DNA of 64,000 nucleotides from NCBI GenBank assembly GCA_049903315.1, contig JBNGBT010000007.1, forward strand, positions 64,360-128,359, read 5' to 3'. Shown here piece by piece: positions 50,070-60,135 of the stretch (its first letter is position 1; each line of letters starts with the position of its first letter). The DNA comes from Candidatus Cloacimonadota bacterium (GTDB lineage Bacteria > Cloacimonadota > Cloacimonadia > JGIOTU-2). A program made the translations under genes and the position numbers. The notes beneath the pieces were generated by a model. That model had not been told where the DNA came from, made no database searches, and worked only from the letters and a program-made list of their open reading frames with translations.

Positions 50070-50621
50070 ATGAAAAAACTATATATTTTAGGTATTTTCA
50101 TTGTATTATTCACAAGTCTCCTTTATGCTGTTGGGGATAGTCTTTATGTTGCTGATTCCAGTTTATCAATTCAACATAAGATAAAAAGAACCATCAAAGA
50201 TGAGAAAGCTGCAATTGGATGGTCTTCAGGATTAGTTTTTGGAAAAGGATGGACTGTTCGTGTGAAAATAGATAAAGTTTCCGTACAAGGTTCTTTTGCA
50301 GTAATTCCTGATATAATGATTATTGGAGGTTCACGCGGTAACAACTATTATTTTGGTCTTGCTTGTTCATACGACATCGCTTATTTACCTTATACAAGAT
50401 TCTACGTCATGAGCGGTACAAGCTATCATCTCAATTATTTAGACGAAACGAAATGGTATGTGGGGATTGCACCTGCACTTGATTTTTGTACACCTTTTTC
50501 CAGTTCTATAAGCTTTAATTGTGGATTAGGCATTTCCTACCCTCTTCAACATCCTGCTGAAGAAGAAAAAAATAAAATTATGATTAAGGCTGAACTTGGT
50601 TTCTATTTTAGAATTTTTTAG
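50070..50621 (+). CDS. Hypothetical exported protein, probably a small outer-membrane beta-barrel
   Basis: GAGGTG RBS, signal peptide, alternating beta-strand pattern, C-terminal GFYFRIF. Confidence 0.6.
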   Translation: MKKLYILGIFIVLFTSLLYAVGDSLYVADSSLSIQHKIKRTIKDEKAAIGWSSGLVFGKGWTVRVKIDKVSVQGSFAVIPDIMIIGGSRGNNYYFGLACSYDIAYLPYTRFYVMSGTSYHLNYLDETKWYVGIAPALDFCTPFSSSISFNCGLGISYPLQHPAEEEKNKIMIKAELGFYFRIF

Positions 50622-50815
50622 GTGAAATATTGAAGATAATGAAATAATATTGAAAGTTCTAAACGATTATTATGAATCCAAAATACAGATTTATTATCAT
50701 TATGAAGTAATCTCTATTAAACTTGACACAATATTCCACCCCTAAAAATTCGTTTATTCAATAAAAATTAAAGATAGTTATGAAAGTGTATTTATAATTA
50801 TTCTCGGAGGTATAA

Positions 50816-50995
50816 ATGCCAGTACCAAAGCAAAAGAGATCAAAGGCAAGTGGTCGAAAGCGGAGAACGCATTACAAAGCAAAAGCCGAACCGGTAGTTA
50901 AGTGCAATAATTGCGGCGAAACCATGCGTCCTCATCATGCATGCCCTCACTGCGGATTTTACAGAGGCAAAAAAGTTATAACTGTTTCTGAATAA
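50816..50995 (+). CDS. rpmF: 50S ribosomal protein L32 (missing from the ORF track)
   Basis: GGAGG RBS; MPVPKQKRSKASGRKRRTHY...CNNC...HHACPHCGFYRG, 59 aa, directly before plsX. Confidence 0.97.
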   Translation: MPVPKQKRSKASGRKRRTHYKAKAEPVVKCNNCGETMRPHHACPHCGFYRGKKVITVSE

Positions 50996-51000
50996 ATTAT

Positions 51001-52005
51001 ATGAGAATTGCAGTCGATGCATTCGGGAGCGATAAAGCTCCATTCCCAGAAGTTGAAGGTGCAGTTTCAGCAATCCACAATAAATGCTGCTCCAAGGTTT
51101 TCCTGGTTGGGAAGGAAGATATACTAGCGAAAGCCCTGGAGAAATATTATTATCCTAAACATACAATAAAAATTATTGATGCTCAAGAAGTTATTGATAT
51201 CTCTGAAAAACCTGTGTCAGAGCTCAGAAAAAAAGCTGACTCTTCATTAATGAAAGCATTGAATCTCGTGAAAGAAGGAAAAGCTGATGCTCTCGTAAGC
51301 GCTGGTTCGACAGGTGCTGTCATGGCTGCGTCATTGCTTTATTTTGGCAGGATAAAAGGAGTTCTCAGACCAGCTCTTGCAATCTCTCTTCCCACCATTG
51401 AAGAACCGGAGATACTCCTGGATGTTGGCGCAAATGTAGACTGCACTGCTGAGAATCTTGTCCAATTCGCAGAAATGGGAAGCATTTACTCTGCATATTT
51501 TCAGAAAAAAAAACAACCACGAGTCGCTCTCATAAATATTGGTGAAGAAAGTAAAAAAGGTAATGAAGTCACTATTGAAGCGTATGCAAAACTTCAACAA
51601 CTTAAATCTATAAATTTCGTCGGTAATATCGAAGGAAAAGATATTCTTAAAGGAACTGCGGACGTCATTATTTCAGATGGTTTCATCGGAAATATTATGC
51701 TCAAGACGGTTGAAGGTGTCGCATTTTCCCTTTTTGAAATCCTGAAGCAGGAGTTTGAACATGATTGGATCGCGAAGATCGGCGCAATATTATCTTATCC
51801 TGCATACCGACATCTTAAAAAGAAATTAGATTACACCGAATATGGGGGAGGATTCTTACTTGGTGTAAACGAAATCTCCATTATTGCTCATGGTTGCTCC
51901 AATGCAAAAGCAATCTCAAATGCGATCAAGTTTGCCAGTTTTTCTAAAAAATCACAATTTTTAAGTCATATTAAAGAATACTACAAGCAAAAATTGGAGA
52001 ACTAA
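51001..52005 (+). CDS. plsX: Phosphate acyltransferase PlsX
   Basis: IAVDAFGSD, SAGSTGA, LDVGAN, NIGEESKKG and DGFIGN. Confidence 0.96.
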   Translation: MRIAVDAFGSDKAPFPEVEGAVSAIHNKCCSKVFLVGKEDILAKALEKYYYPKHTIKIIDAQEVIDISEKPVSELRKKADSSLMKALNLVKEGKADALVSAGSTGAVMAASLLYFGRIKGVLRPALAISLPTIEEPEILLDVGANVDCTAENLVQFAEMGSIYSAYFQKKKQPRVALINIGEESKKGNEVTIEAYAKLQQLKSINFVGNIEGKDILKGTADVIISDGFIGNIMLKTVEGVAFSLFEILKQEFEHDWIAKIGAILSYPAYRHLKKKLDYTEYGGGFLLGVNEISIIAHGCSNAKAISNAIKFASFSKKSQFLSHIKEYYKQKLEN

Positions 52006-52006
52006 C

Positions 52007-52999
52007 GTGAGTGATATCAGAGTAAAAATCGACGAAATTGCAATGGCTGTTCCGGAGAATGTCCTTACTAATAAGGATTTAGAAAAAATAGTCGATACAT
52101 CCGATGAATGGATCCGTACGCGAACTGGTATGGTTGAGCGGAGAAAATCTGATGAGCATACTGCAGCATCTGATCTTGTTCTTAAGGCTTGTGAAAAACT
52201 TTTTAAAAAATCTTCTTTAAGAACAAGAGATATAGATCTTATAATTGTTGCTACCGTAACCGGGGATCATGCCTTTCCATCAACTGCATGCATATTGCAA
52301 TCAAAATTAGGAATTCCTCATTGTCCTGCTTTTGATATTTCTGCAGGATGTACTGGATTTATTTATGCCCTGACAGTTGCCAAACAGTTTATACAGAATG
52401 GATCTGCAAAAAATGCACTTGTTGTAGGAGTAGAAATCCTCACAAAGATCACTAATTGGACAGACAGAAACACTTGTGTACTTTTTGGCGATGGTGCCGG
52501 TGCTGCGATTGTTACTAAAGCAAATAAAGGCGAAATCTCGGAGATCATCGATACGTATATTTCTTCAGATGGACGTTATGGCGATCTGCTCATTTTAAAA
52601 GGTGGTGGTTCTCGCAATCCGACATCCAAAGAAACAGTAGAAAAAAATATGCACACTTTGTATATGGAAGGAAATAAAATATTCAAGATAGCCGTAAAAT
52701 CCATGGGGGAAGCAGCAGTGAAAATCCTTGAAAAGAATGGATTTACAGGCGATGATCTCGATTGGCTTATTCCTCACCAAGCAAACCTTCGCATTATTGA
52801 TGCAACAGCCAAACGGATCCATCTTCTTCCCCAGAAAGTCATAATAAACATTGAAAAATATGGTAACACATCCTCTGCCAGTATCCCACTTGCTTTTGCC
52901 GAAGCAGTAGAAGACGGGCGCATTCGACGTGGCGATCTGATTGTACTCGATGCCTTTGGCGCTGGACTGACTTGGGGAAGTGTACTTTTGAGGTATTAA
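52007..52999 (+). CDS. fabH: Beta-ketoacyl-ACP synthase III
   Basis: DTSDEWI, AGCTGF, LFGDGAG, PHQAN and GNTSSAS. Confidence 0.96.
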   Translation: MSDIRVKIDEIAMAVPENVLTNKDLEKIVDTSDEWIRTRTGMVERRKSDEHTAASDLVLKACEKLFKKSSLRTRDIDLIIVATVTGDHAFPSTACILQSKLGIPHCPAFDISAGCTGFIYALTVAKQFIQNGSAKNALVVGVEILTKITNWTDRNTCVLFGDGAGAAIVTKANKGEISEIIDTYISSDGRYGDLLILKGGGSRNPTSKETVEKNMHTLYMEGNKIFKIAVKSMGEAAVKILEKNGFTGDDLDWLIPHQANLRIIDATAKRIHLLPQKVIINIEKYGNTSSASIPLAFAEAVEDGRIRRGDLIVLDAFGAGLTWGSVLLRY

Positions 53000-53938
53000 A
53001 TGATAAAGAAAAATATTGCTTTTGTCTTTCCCGGTCAAGGTGCTCAATATGTTGGAATGGCCAAAGAATTCTATGAGCTTCCTGAATATAAACATTTTTT
53101 TGAAGAAGCTAACGAAAAACTTGGATATAACCTCACACACATTATGTTTGAAGGTCCCGAAGATGAATTAAAGAAAACCCATAATACCCAGCCTGCAATT
53201 CTACTCCATAGTGTTGTTGCCTACAATTATTTCAAAGATCATATAGATATTACTCCTGCTTGTACTGCGGGACATTCCCTGGGAGAATTCTCCGCACTCA
53301 TTGCTGCCGGCTCACTTGATTGGCTCGATGCACTCTATCTTGTCCATAAACGCGGCGAGTTCATGATCGAAGCAGGTAGAGGTGTGCCATTTAAAATGGC
53401 AGCAATCCTTGGGCTTGAAGCTGAAACGATCATTACTTTCTGCAAAGAGAGTTCAGGAATTGTCGTTGCAGCAAATTTTAATACTCCTGTTCAAACTGTG
53501 ATCAGTGGAGAGAGCAAAGCAGTAGCCGAAGTCATGGATAAATGCACAGAAGCCGGTGCAAGACGTGTAGTAGAACTCATTGTCGGTGGCGCATTTCATT
53601 CACCATTAATATATAAGTCATCCGAGTGGCTGAATGAAGAAATGAAAAAATGCAATTTTTCTGATGCAGTCATACCAGTCATTTCTAACTATGCTGCACA
53701 ACCGGAAAAACATAAAGATGAAATTATTGACAATTTAGCACAGCAAATTATTTCTCCTGTTCAATGGGTGAGATCAGTTGAATATATGTGTGAAAACGGT
53801 ATTGATACTTTTATTGAATTTGGTCCGGGACGTGTGGTGTCCGGCATGATAAAAGCTATAAATGCAGACACGAACAGATATACGATCAATACCCTTGAGG
53901 ATGCAGAAAAGGTCATCACTGCATTCAAAAATTTATAG
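53000..53938 (+). CDS. fabD: Malonyl-CoA:ACP transacylase
   Basis: FPGQGAQ, TQPA, GHSLGE and AFHS. Confidence 0.97.
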   Translation: MIKKNIAFVFPGQGAQYVGMAKEFYELPEYKHFFEEANEKLGYNLTHIMFEGPEDELKKTHNTQPAILLHSVVAYNYFKDHIDITPACTAGHSLGEFSALIAAGSLDWLDALYLVHKRGEFMIEAGRGVPFKMAAILGLEAETIITFCKESSGIVVAANFNTPVQTVISGESKAVAEVMDKCTEAGARRVVELIVGGAFHSPLIYKSSEWLNEEMKKCNFSDAVIPVISNYAAQPEKHKDEIIDNLAQQIISPVQWVRSVEYMCENGIDTFIEFGPGRVVSGMIKAINADTNRYTINTLEDAEKVITAFKNL

Positions 53939-53947
53939 GATGAATCT

Positions 53948-54688
53948 GTGAATAGATTTGATGGAAAAATAGCACTCATAACCGGCAGCGCTCGTGGCAT
54001 CGGGAAAAGTATTGCACGATTGTTTGCTAAACAGGGAGCACAGGTAGTAATCGCTGATATTCTTCAGGAAGATATTGATGCAACTGTTCAGGAATTTACT
54101 TCTGAAGGCTTGAAAGGTGCTGGATATCAATGTAACATCACTTCTGAAGAAGAAGTCGAAAATATGATGAAGGATGTTTATCAACAATTCAACTCAATTG
54201 ATATTCTTATTAATAACGCAGGCATTACTGCGGACACATTACTCATCCGCATGAAAAAGATTGATTGGGATAAAGTGATAAATGTGAACCTCACAGGTAC
54301 CTTTATCTGCACACAAAAAGCAACCAAATATATGATGAAACAACGTCATGGTAAGATCGTGAATATATCCTCTGTTATTGGCTTTATCGGAAATTTTGGT
54401 CAGGCAAACTATGCTGCATCAAAGGGTGGAATTATCGCTTTTACAAAATCCGTATCAAAGGAGCTTGCTTCCAGAAATATCAATGTCAATGCAGTAGCTC
54501 CTGGCTTTATTCGAACAGCAATGACAGATGCTCTTCCTGAAGAGATCCAGCAGAAATATCTTGAGAATATCTCACTCAAACGTTTTGGTACTCCCGAAGA
54601 TGTGGGCAAACTTGTTCTCTTCCTCAGTAGTGAGGATGCTGATTATATAACAGGTCAGACGATAATAATAGATGGTGGAATGATATAA
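53948..54688 (+). CDS. fabG: 3-oxoacyl-ACP reductase
   Basis: [21 protein letters not shown] and VAPGFI. Confidence 0.96.
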   Translation: MNRFDGKIALITGSARGIGKSIARLFAKQGAQVVIADILQEDIDATVQEFTSEGLKGAGYQCNITSEEEVENMMKDVYQQFNSIDILINNAGITADTLLIRMKKIDWDKVINVNLTGTFICTQKATKYMMKQRHGKIVNISSVIGFIGNFGQANYAASKGGIIAFTKSVSKELASRNINVNAVAPGFIRTAMTDALPEEIQQKYLENISLKRFGTPEDVGKLVLFLSSEDADYITGQTIIIDGGMI

Positions 54689-54716
54689 AAGAAACCTTAA
54701 ATCAAAGGAGAAAACA

Positions 54717-54959
54717 ATGGACGAAAGCATCAAAGAAAAAGTCAAAGGAATCATCGCAACACAACTGGGTGCAACCGAAGATGAAATAACATTAGAGGCA
54801 CGCTTTATTGAAGACCTCGGTGCAGATTCTCTTGATACAGTCGAGTTAATTATGCAATTCGAGGAAGAATTTGACATTGAAATTCCCGATGAAGATGCAG
54901 AAAAGCTTACAACCGTAGGCACTGCTATCGAATTTCTCGACAAAAAATTAAACGAATAA
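54717..54959 (+). CDS. acpP: Acyl carrier protein
   Basis: [12 protein letters not shown]. Confidence 0.98.
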   Translation: MDESIKEKVKGIIATQLGATEDEITLEARFIEDLGADSLDTVELIMQFEEEFDIEIPDEDAEKLTTVGTAIEFLDKKLNE

Positions 54960-54965
54960 TCCATA

Positions 54966-54997
54966 ACCCCACATACGGGTAAAACTGTGTGTGGGGT
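54966..54997 (+). promoter_or_regulatory. Strong intercistronic stem-loop after acpP, without a U-tract
   Basis: ACCCCACATACGG-GTAAAA-CTGTGTGTGGGGT, 13-bp stem with G-U pairs. Confidence 0.6.
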
Positions 54998-55030
54998 ACA
55001 TTCCATCCATTTCAGAAAGGACACTATCGC

Positions 55031-56272
55031 ATGAAGTTAAAAAGAGTGGTTGTCACTGGTATTGGTACAATTAATCCCCTTGGTTTAAACGTTAATGATA
55101 CGTGGGAAAAACTCTGCGAAGGAAAATCCGGCATTGCACTTGCAGAAGGTATTGACGTTGAAGATGTTCCATCGAAGATCGCAGGTCAGGTCAATAATTT
55201 CGATCCTTTGGATTATATCGATCCCAAGGAAGCAAGAAGAATGGACCGTTACTGCCATCTTTCTATAGCTTCTGCGACTCAAGCAATGGAAAGTTCGGGT
55301 ATTGAAGGACAGGTTGATCCAGATAAATTAGGCGTTATTTCAGGAACAGGTATTGGCGGAATACAAACTTTTGAGCATCAAATGCAAGTCTTTCTTGAAC
55401 GTGGGCCTAAAAGGATAAGTCCTTTCTTCATACCTATGATGATATCGAATATTGCAGCGGGAAGGATTGCAATCAAATATAATGCACGTTGCATTAATTT
55501 CAATGTTACTTCAGCATGCACATCCAGCGCAAATGCAATCGGTGAAGCATACAGAGCGATCAAATATGGAGCTGCAGATGCAGTAATTGCGGTTGGCTCG
55601 GAAGCAGCAGTGACAAGGTTCACTCTTTCTGGATTTTCTGTTATGCGTGCATTATCCACTCGTAATGATGCACCAGAACAAGCCAGCCGACCTTTTGATC
55701 AAGAGCGGGACGGATTTGTCCTTGCAGAAGGCGCTGCATCGCTGATATTGGAAGAATATGAGCATGCTAAAGCTCGAGGAGCAACTATATACGGAGAAAT
55801 GGTCGGTTATGGAGCAACTTGTGATGCGTTTCATATCACAATGCCAGCTCCTGGTGGAGAAGGCGGAGCTCACTCGATGAGCAATGCACTCTCTGATGCT
55901 GGTATTACTCCCGAAGATGTCCAATATATTAATGCTCACGGTACATCCACTCCTCTTAATGATAAGGGTGAAACTAAGGCGATCAAAACAGTGTTTGGCG
56001 ACTACGCATACGAGCTGAAAGTAAATTCGAGCAAATCAATGCTTGGTCATGGACTTGGTGCTGCAGGTGCCCTGGAATCTATCATAGTTGTAAAATCCAT
56101 TCAGGATCAAAAAATACATCCCACCATAAATCTCACACATCCTGACCCGGAATGCGACCTGGATTATAACCCGAAAGGGACAATTCCTTTACAAATCGAA
56201 TATGCCATCTCAAACTCTTTTGGATTCGGTGGTCACAATGCGACACTGGTTTTCAAGCGATATGATGAATGA
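55031..56272 (+). CDS. fabF: Beta-ketoacyl-ACP synthase II
   Basis: KRVVVTG, SACTSS, NAHGTST, KSMLGHGLGAAG and SNSFGFGGHN. Confidence 0.97.
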   Translation: MKLKRVVVTGIGTINPLGLNVNDTWEKLCEGKSGIALAEGIDVEDVPSKIAGQVNNFDPLDYIDPKEARRMDRYCHLSIASATQAMESSGIEGQVDPDKLGVISGTGIGGIQTFEHQMQVFLERGPKRISPFFIPMMISNIAAGRIAIKYNARCINFNVTSACTSSANAIGEAYRAIKYGAADAVIAVGSEAAVTRFTLSGFSVMRALSTRNDAPEQASRPFDQERDGFVLAEGAASLILEEYEHAKARGATIYGEMVGYGATCDAFHITMPAPGGEGGAHSMSNALSDAGITPEDVQYINAHGTSTPLNDKGETKAIKTVFGDYAYELKVNSSKSMLGHGLGAAGALESIIVVKSIQDQKIHPTINLTHPDPECDLDYNPKGTIPLQIEYAISNSFGFGGHNATLVFKRYDE

Positions 56273-57023
56273 GTATGATAACATTGTTCTTAATCCTCAA
56301 GCGGATCCCCAAAAAATCGAAAAGTGGAGGAAATCACTACCGCAGTTAGAAGAAAAACTAAACTATTTTTTCAAAAACTCCGCTCTTTTAGAAGCTGCTC
56401 TCATCCATAAATCAATTTACGATCAAGAAAGTGAACATTCGATTGCAGAACGATTGGAATTTCTCGGTGACTCGGTTCTGGAACTTGCCATTACAGAATA
56501 CCTTTTCAAAATGTATCATGATAAAGATGAAGGCTTTCTCACAAAAAAACGCTCGAAAGTGATCAGCAAAGTTTATTTGAACAAAAAAGCCCTTGAGATC
56601 GGGCTGGTAAAATACATACTTGTAAAGGAAGATGAGATAAAACTCACGCGCCAGAAACGTTCTTCACTTACCGCGGATACAATGGAATCTATCTTTGGGG
56701 CTATATTTCTGGATAGTTCATATCGTGAAGCAAAATACGTATTACAGAATCTTATTCTTTCAAATTTTGATGAATTGATCGCTCATACTGATCTTCAAAA
56801 TTATAAGAGTATTCTCCAGGAATTCTGTCATACTGAATTTGCAGAAAATCCTGTGTATGAAATAATAAAAGAAGCTGGTCCGGAACATCAAAAAAAGTTC
56901 TATACAAAAGTCTTCATTGGGAATAAGTACTCTTCAAGAGGGAGCGGAAAATCAAAAAAAGCTGCTGAACAAAAAGCTGCGCGCAATCTTCTTAAAAAAT
57001 TTCAAAACAAGCTAAATAAATGA
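56262..57023 (+). CDS. rnc: Ribonuclease III
   Basis: ERLEFLGDSVL, ADTMESIFGA and dsRBD YKSILQE...GKSKKAAEQKAA. Confidence 0.95.
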   Translation: MMNEYDNIVLNPQADPQKIEKWRKSLPQLEEKLNYFFKNSALLEAALIHKSIYDQESEHSIAERLEFLGDSVLELAITEYLFKMYHDKDEGFLTKKRSKVISKVYLNKKALEIGLVKYILVKEDEIKLTRQKRSSLTADTMESIFGAIFLDSSYREAKYVLQNLILSNFDELIAHTDLQNYKSILQEFCHTEFAENPVYEIIKEAGPEHQKKFYTKVFIGNKYSSRGSGKSKKAAEQKAARNLLKKFQNKLNK

Positions 57024-59065
57024 ACGTGCTGGCATTACTTCTCATTATTCTCTGTGGAATTCTTATATTTTTTTATTATAGAATTACAAATCCACCAATA
57101 AACAATAATCTGAAAATTATTCTTGGAGTATTGAGATTCCTCTTCTTTTCAATAGTAATCCTTCTTATATTCAATCCAACTCTCCAGTTTTCCCACACAA
57201 AAAAAGTTGATCCAACGACAATCATATTGGTTGATTCCAGTGCGAGTATGCTTCAGCCACTAAATTCAAATGAAATAAAATCAAATGCAGCACAGCGCTG
57301 GGAACTCGAACTTTATGATTTTTTGAATGAACACAGCATTGACTATAAAACCGTTTATTTTAGCAACGGTTTGCAGCAGGATTCCACAACTACTGACATA
57401 TTTTTAGCTTTAAAAGAACTGCAGAATAATTCCAAACAAACGAATATATCTGATGTAATCCTTATCTCTGACGGATTGCAGCACAACAACAATTCATATC
57501 CCTACGTTGATGAACTTCAATTCCCTGTTTTCCCTATCATTTTGGGCAAAGATATAGAACTGACTGACGTTTCTCTTGATGAAGTGCTGGTGAATAATCC
57601 GGTTTTTTTGAATACTGAAACACAAATTTCATGTCGAATTTCAGGACTTACTGATTCAGTCCAATTTATGTTATCTATTCTTGATGAGAATGACCGAATA
57701 CTTGAAGAAAACCTGATCTCCAGCAGCAATAATGAACGGCAATTTACACTTTCATTTACTCCGTCAAAACTTGGTTATCAAACACTTTTTGCACAAGTGC
57801 GATTGCAAAATGAACAAGAATATTCTCTAAATAATAATAGCAGAGAATTTCTCATCAGTGTGGTCAAGGATAAAGCACAATTCACCTTGATAACATCCTC
57901 TTTAAATTGGGATATAACCTTTATTCACAGGGCTTTGATGAAGAATGAACGTTTTAAGACATCACTGCTTGTACAAAGAAAAGAAGGTTATTTCAAAGAC
58001 AACGAAAAAATTTCTCTTCCTGAAAATCTTCGTGATACAGATGTACTTATTTTGCACAATTCGAATACATTTAATTTTGATATTGCAACCATAGAAGCCA
58101 TTAAAAATTTCGTTTCCCGTGGCGGTAATATTTTTTATATTGGTAAGATCGATCCTGAATTACACAGTATCCTTCCTTTACAAACCACGAGATTCCGGGA
58201 AACAGTTCAAACGACTGTTATCCCGACTTCCGAAATGGAAAATTATCAGACTTTTCTCGTAAATCGTCACGAAGATCTTGCATCATTCTGGAATGCACTT
58301 CCCCCTGTCACCACATTTTTCTATGAAAGGAAGCCGAATACTGAAGTAATTTTGAACGCAGATATCGTTTCAGAAAATCCCATTATTGCATTTTCATCAT
58401 ATCTTCAAGGACACATCTTGCAATGGTCAGGATATGATTTCTTCAAATGGAAAATGTGGGAAAAGCCCGATGAGCCGTGGTTTGACTCCTTTATCATGAA
58501 TATTGGTCAATGGCTGCTGAATACCGATATATCACAAAGATTTTTGTGTTCCTCCGATAAAATGAGTTACCTCGAGGGGGAACCAATCAAATTCTCTGCA
58601 CATCTTTTTGATGAAAAAATGAATACGATAAGCGGACAAAACATTAAATTGCTCATCTCGCAAAATGATTCATTAGTTACCGAAAAATTCCTTTTGGAGA
58701 AAGATAATTCCTATGAAGTAGACATTGAAAATCTAAAACCTGGTAAATATATCTATTCTGCAGAAACCACATCCGGGAAAAATTTGTATAAGGACGATGG
58801 ACAATTTCTGATTGAGTTTCTTACTTTAGAACAAAGCACACAAGGAATACAGAAAGCATATTTGCAGTATATTGCTTCAAAGACAAAAGGTGAAATACTG
58901 ACATCTTCAGATGATTTTGAAAAAATTCTGACAGTTCAGCGAGAGCCAATAATAATTCAATCAACACGAGATATTGAGTTGTGGAAAAAGTGGTATCTTG
59001 CAGTGATTGCGATACTTCTGATCGCAACCGAACTATTCCTCAGAAAAAAGAAAGGACTACTATGA
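57020..59065 (+). CDS. Membrane-anchored VWA-domain protein
   Basis: Two N-terminal TMs, LVDSSASM MIDAS-like motif, LISDG, GATase-like central part, C-terminal TM ending ELFLRKKKGL. Confidence 0.75.
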   Translation: MNVLALLLIILCGILIFFYYRITNPPINNNLKIILGVLRFLFFSIVILLIFNPTLQFSHTKKVDPTTIILVDSSASMLQPLNSNEIKSNAAQRWELELYDFLNEHSIDYKTVYFSNGLQQDSTTTDIFLALKELQNNSKQTNISDVILISDGLQHNNNSYPYVDELQFPVFPIILGKDIELTDVSLDEVLVNNPVFLNTETQISCRISGLTDSVQFMLSILDENDRILEENLISSSNNERQFTLSFTPSKLGYQTLFAQVRLQNEQEYSLNNNSREFLISVVKDKAQFTLITSSLNWDITFIHRALMKNERFKTSLLVQRKEGYFKDNEKISLPENLRDTDVLILHNSNTFNFDIATIEAIKNFVSRGGNIFYIGKIDPELHSILPLQTTRFRETVQTTVIPTSEMENYQTFLVNRHEDLASFWNALPPVTTFFYERKPNTEVILNADIVSENPIIAFSSYLQGHILQWSGYDFFKWKMWEKPDEPWFDSFIMNIGQWLLNTDISQRFLCSSDKMSYLEGEPIKFSAHLFDEKMNTISGQNIKLLISQNDSLVTEKFLLEKDNSYEVDIENLKPGKYIYSAETTSGKNLYKDDGQFLIEFLTLEQSTQGIQKAYLQYIASKTKGEILTSSDDFEKILTVQREPIIIQSTRDIELWKKWYLAVIAILLIATELFLRKKKGLL

Positions 59066-59607
59066 GACAATGTAATAATTCCGATGCAGTAAAACGTATG
59101 AACAGACCTTCCAGACTTGCACTTGCGGTCTCAAAACCAAAAGACGGACCTGCGAATATTATCACTTTGGGATGGTTTATGAGGACTTCGATCAAGCCGC
59201 CTATGTTTACAATTTCAGTTGGTTTGACGCGATATTCACATGAAATTTTGTCTGAGAATCGAAACTTTGTACTCGCAGTTCCATCTATAAAAATGGCTGA
59301 ACAGACCATGCAATGTGGTTTGCAATCCGGAAGAAATATTGATAAAATTTCAGAATTTGGAATAAAAACAAGGCAAGGGAAACTGACTAATATTCCGATT
59401 CTTGCTGATGCTGTAGCAAATTTTGAATGCAAAACTATCACGCAGATACGCAGTGGAGATCACACGATCTTTGTTGGTGAAGTGAAGTATTCTTGGCAAA
59501 ATGATGATGAAAATCTTGAACAGCTTTTGTCCATTCCTGTAAATGATGACAGATTTAATATGCTAATTCATAAGGGCAGTTATGCCTTCGGATTTATAAA
59601 AAATTAA
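59062..59607 (+). CDS. Flavin reductase-like FMN-binding protein
   Basis: NIITLGW, SIKPP, SGRNIDK and GDHTIFVGEV; ATGA overlap with the upstream gene. Confidence 0.88.
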   Translation: MRQCNNSDAVKRMNRPSRLALAVSKPKDGPANIITLGWFMRTSIKPPMFTISVGLTRYSHEILSENRNFVLAVPSIKMAEQTMQCGLQSGRNIDKISEFGIKTRQGKLTNIPILADAVANFECKTITQIRSGDHTIFVGEVKYSWQNDDENLEQLLSIPVNDDRFNMLIHKGSYAFGFIKN

Positions 59608-59617
59608 GGGAGTATAT

Positions 59618-60130
59618 ATGATTCTCAAATATTTAGGAAAAGAGCCAAAAATTGGAAAAGAAGTATTTATTGCCGAAGGGGCAAAAGTAATCGGGGATGT
59701 GACACTTGGAAACCATGCAAGTGTGTGGTTCAATGCGGTCGTACGAGGAGATGTGAACTACATTAAAATTGGTGAGAATACCAATATTCAGGATAATTCG
59801 GTTCTTCATGTTACCACAGACATTGCACCCCTTAATATCGGAAAAAATGTCACTGTCGGACATAATGTTATACTTCACGGCTGCACAATTGAGGACAATT
59901 GCATGATCGGGAGTGGTGCGATCATCTGGGATGGCGCAGTCATAGGTGAAGGATCGATCGTTGGTGCAGGGGCAGTAGTGCTTGCAAACTTTAAAGCACC
60001 TCCACACTCACTTGTACTTGGCACTCCTGCAAAGCTAAAAAAAGAAATTCCCGAGGAACAGTACAACCAACTCATTGTCTTGGCAGAGCATTATTCACAA
60101 TATGCACAAAATTATATGAAAGATCGATAA
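59618..60130 (+). CDS. Gamma carbonic anhydrase family protein (YrdA-like)
   Basis: VWFNAVVRGDVN, NIQDNSVLH and TVGHNVILHGC hexapeptide repeats. Confidence 0.93.
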   Translation: MILKYLGKEPKIGKEVFIAEGAKVIGDVTLGNHASVWFNAVVRGDVNYIKIGENTNIQDNSVLHVTTDIAPLNIGKNVTVGHNVILHGCTIEDNCMIGSGAIIWDGAVIGEGSIVGAGAVVLANFKAPPHSLVLGTPAKLKKEIPEEQYNQLIVLAEHYSQYAQNYMKDR

Positions 60131-60135
60131 GATAA

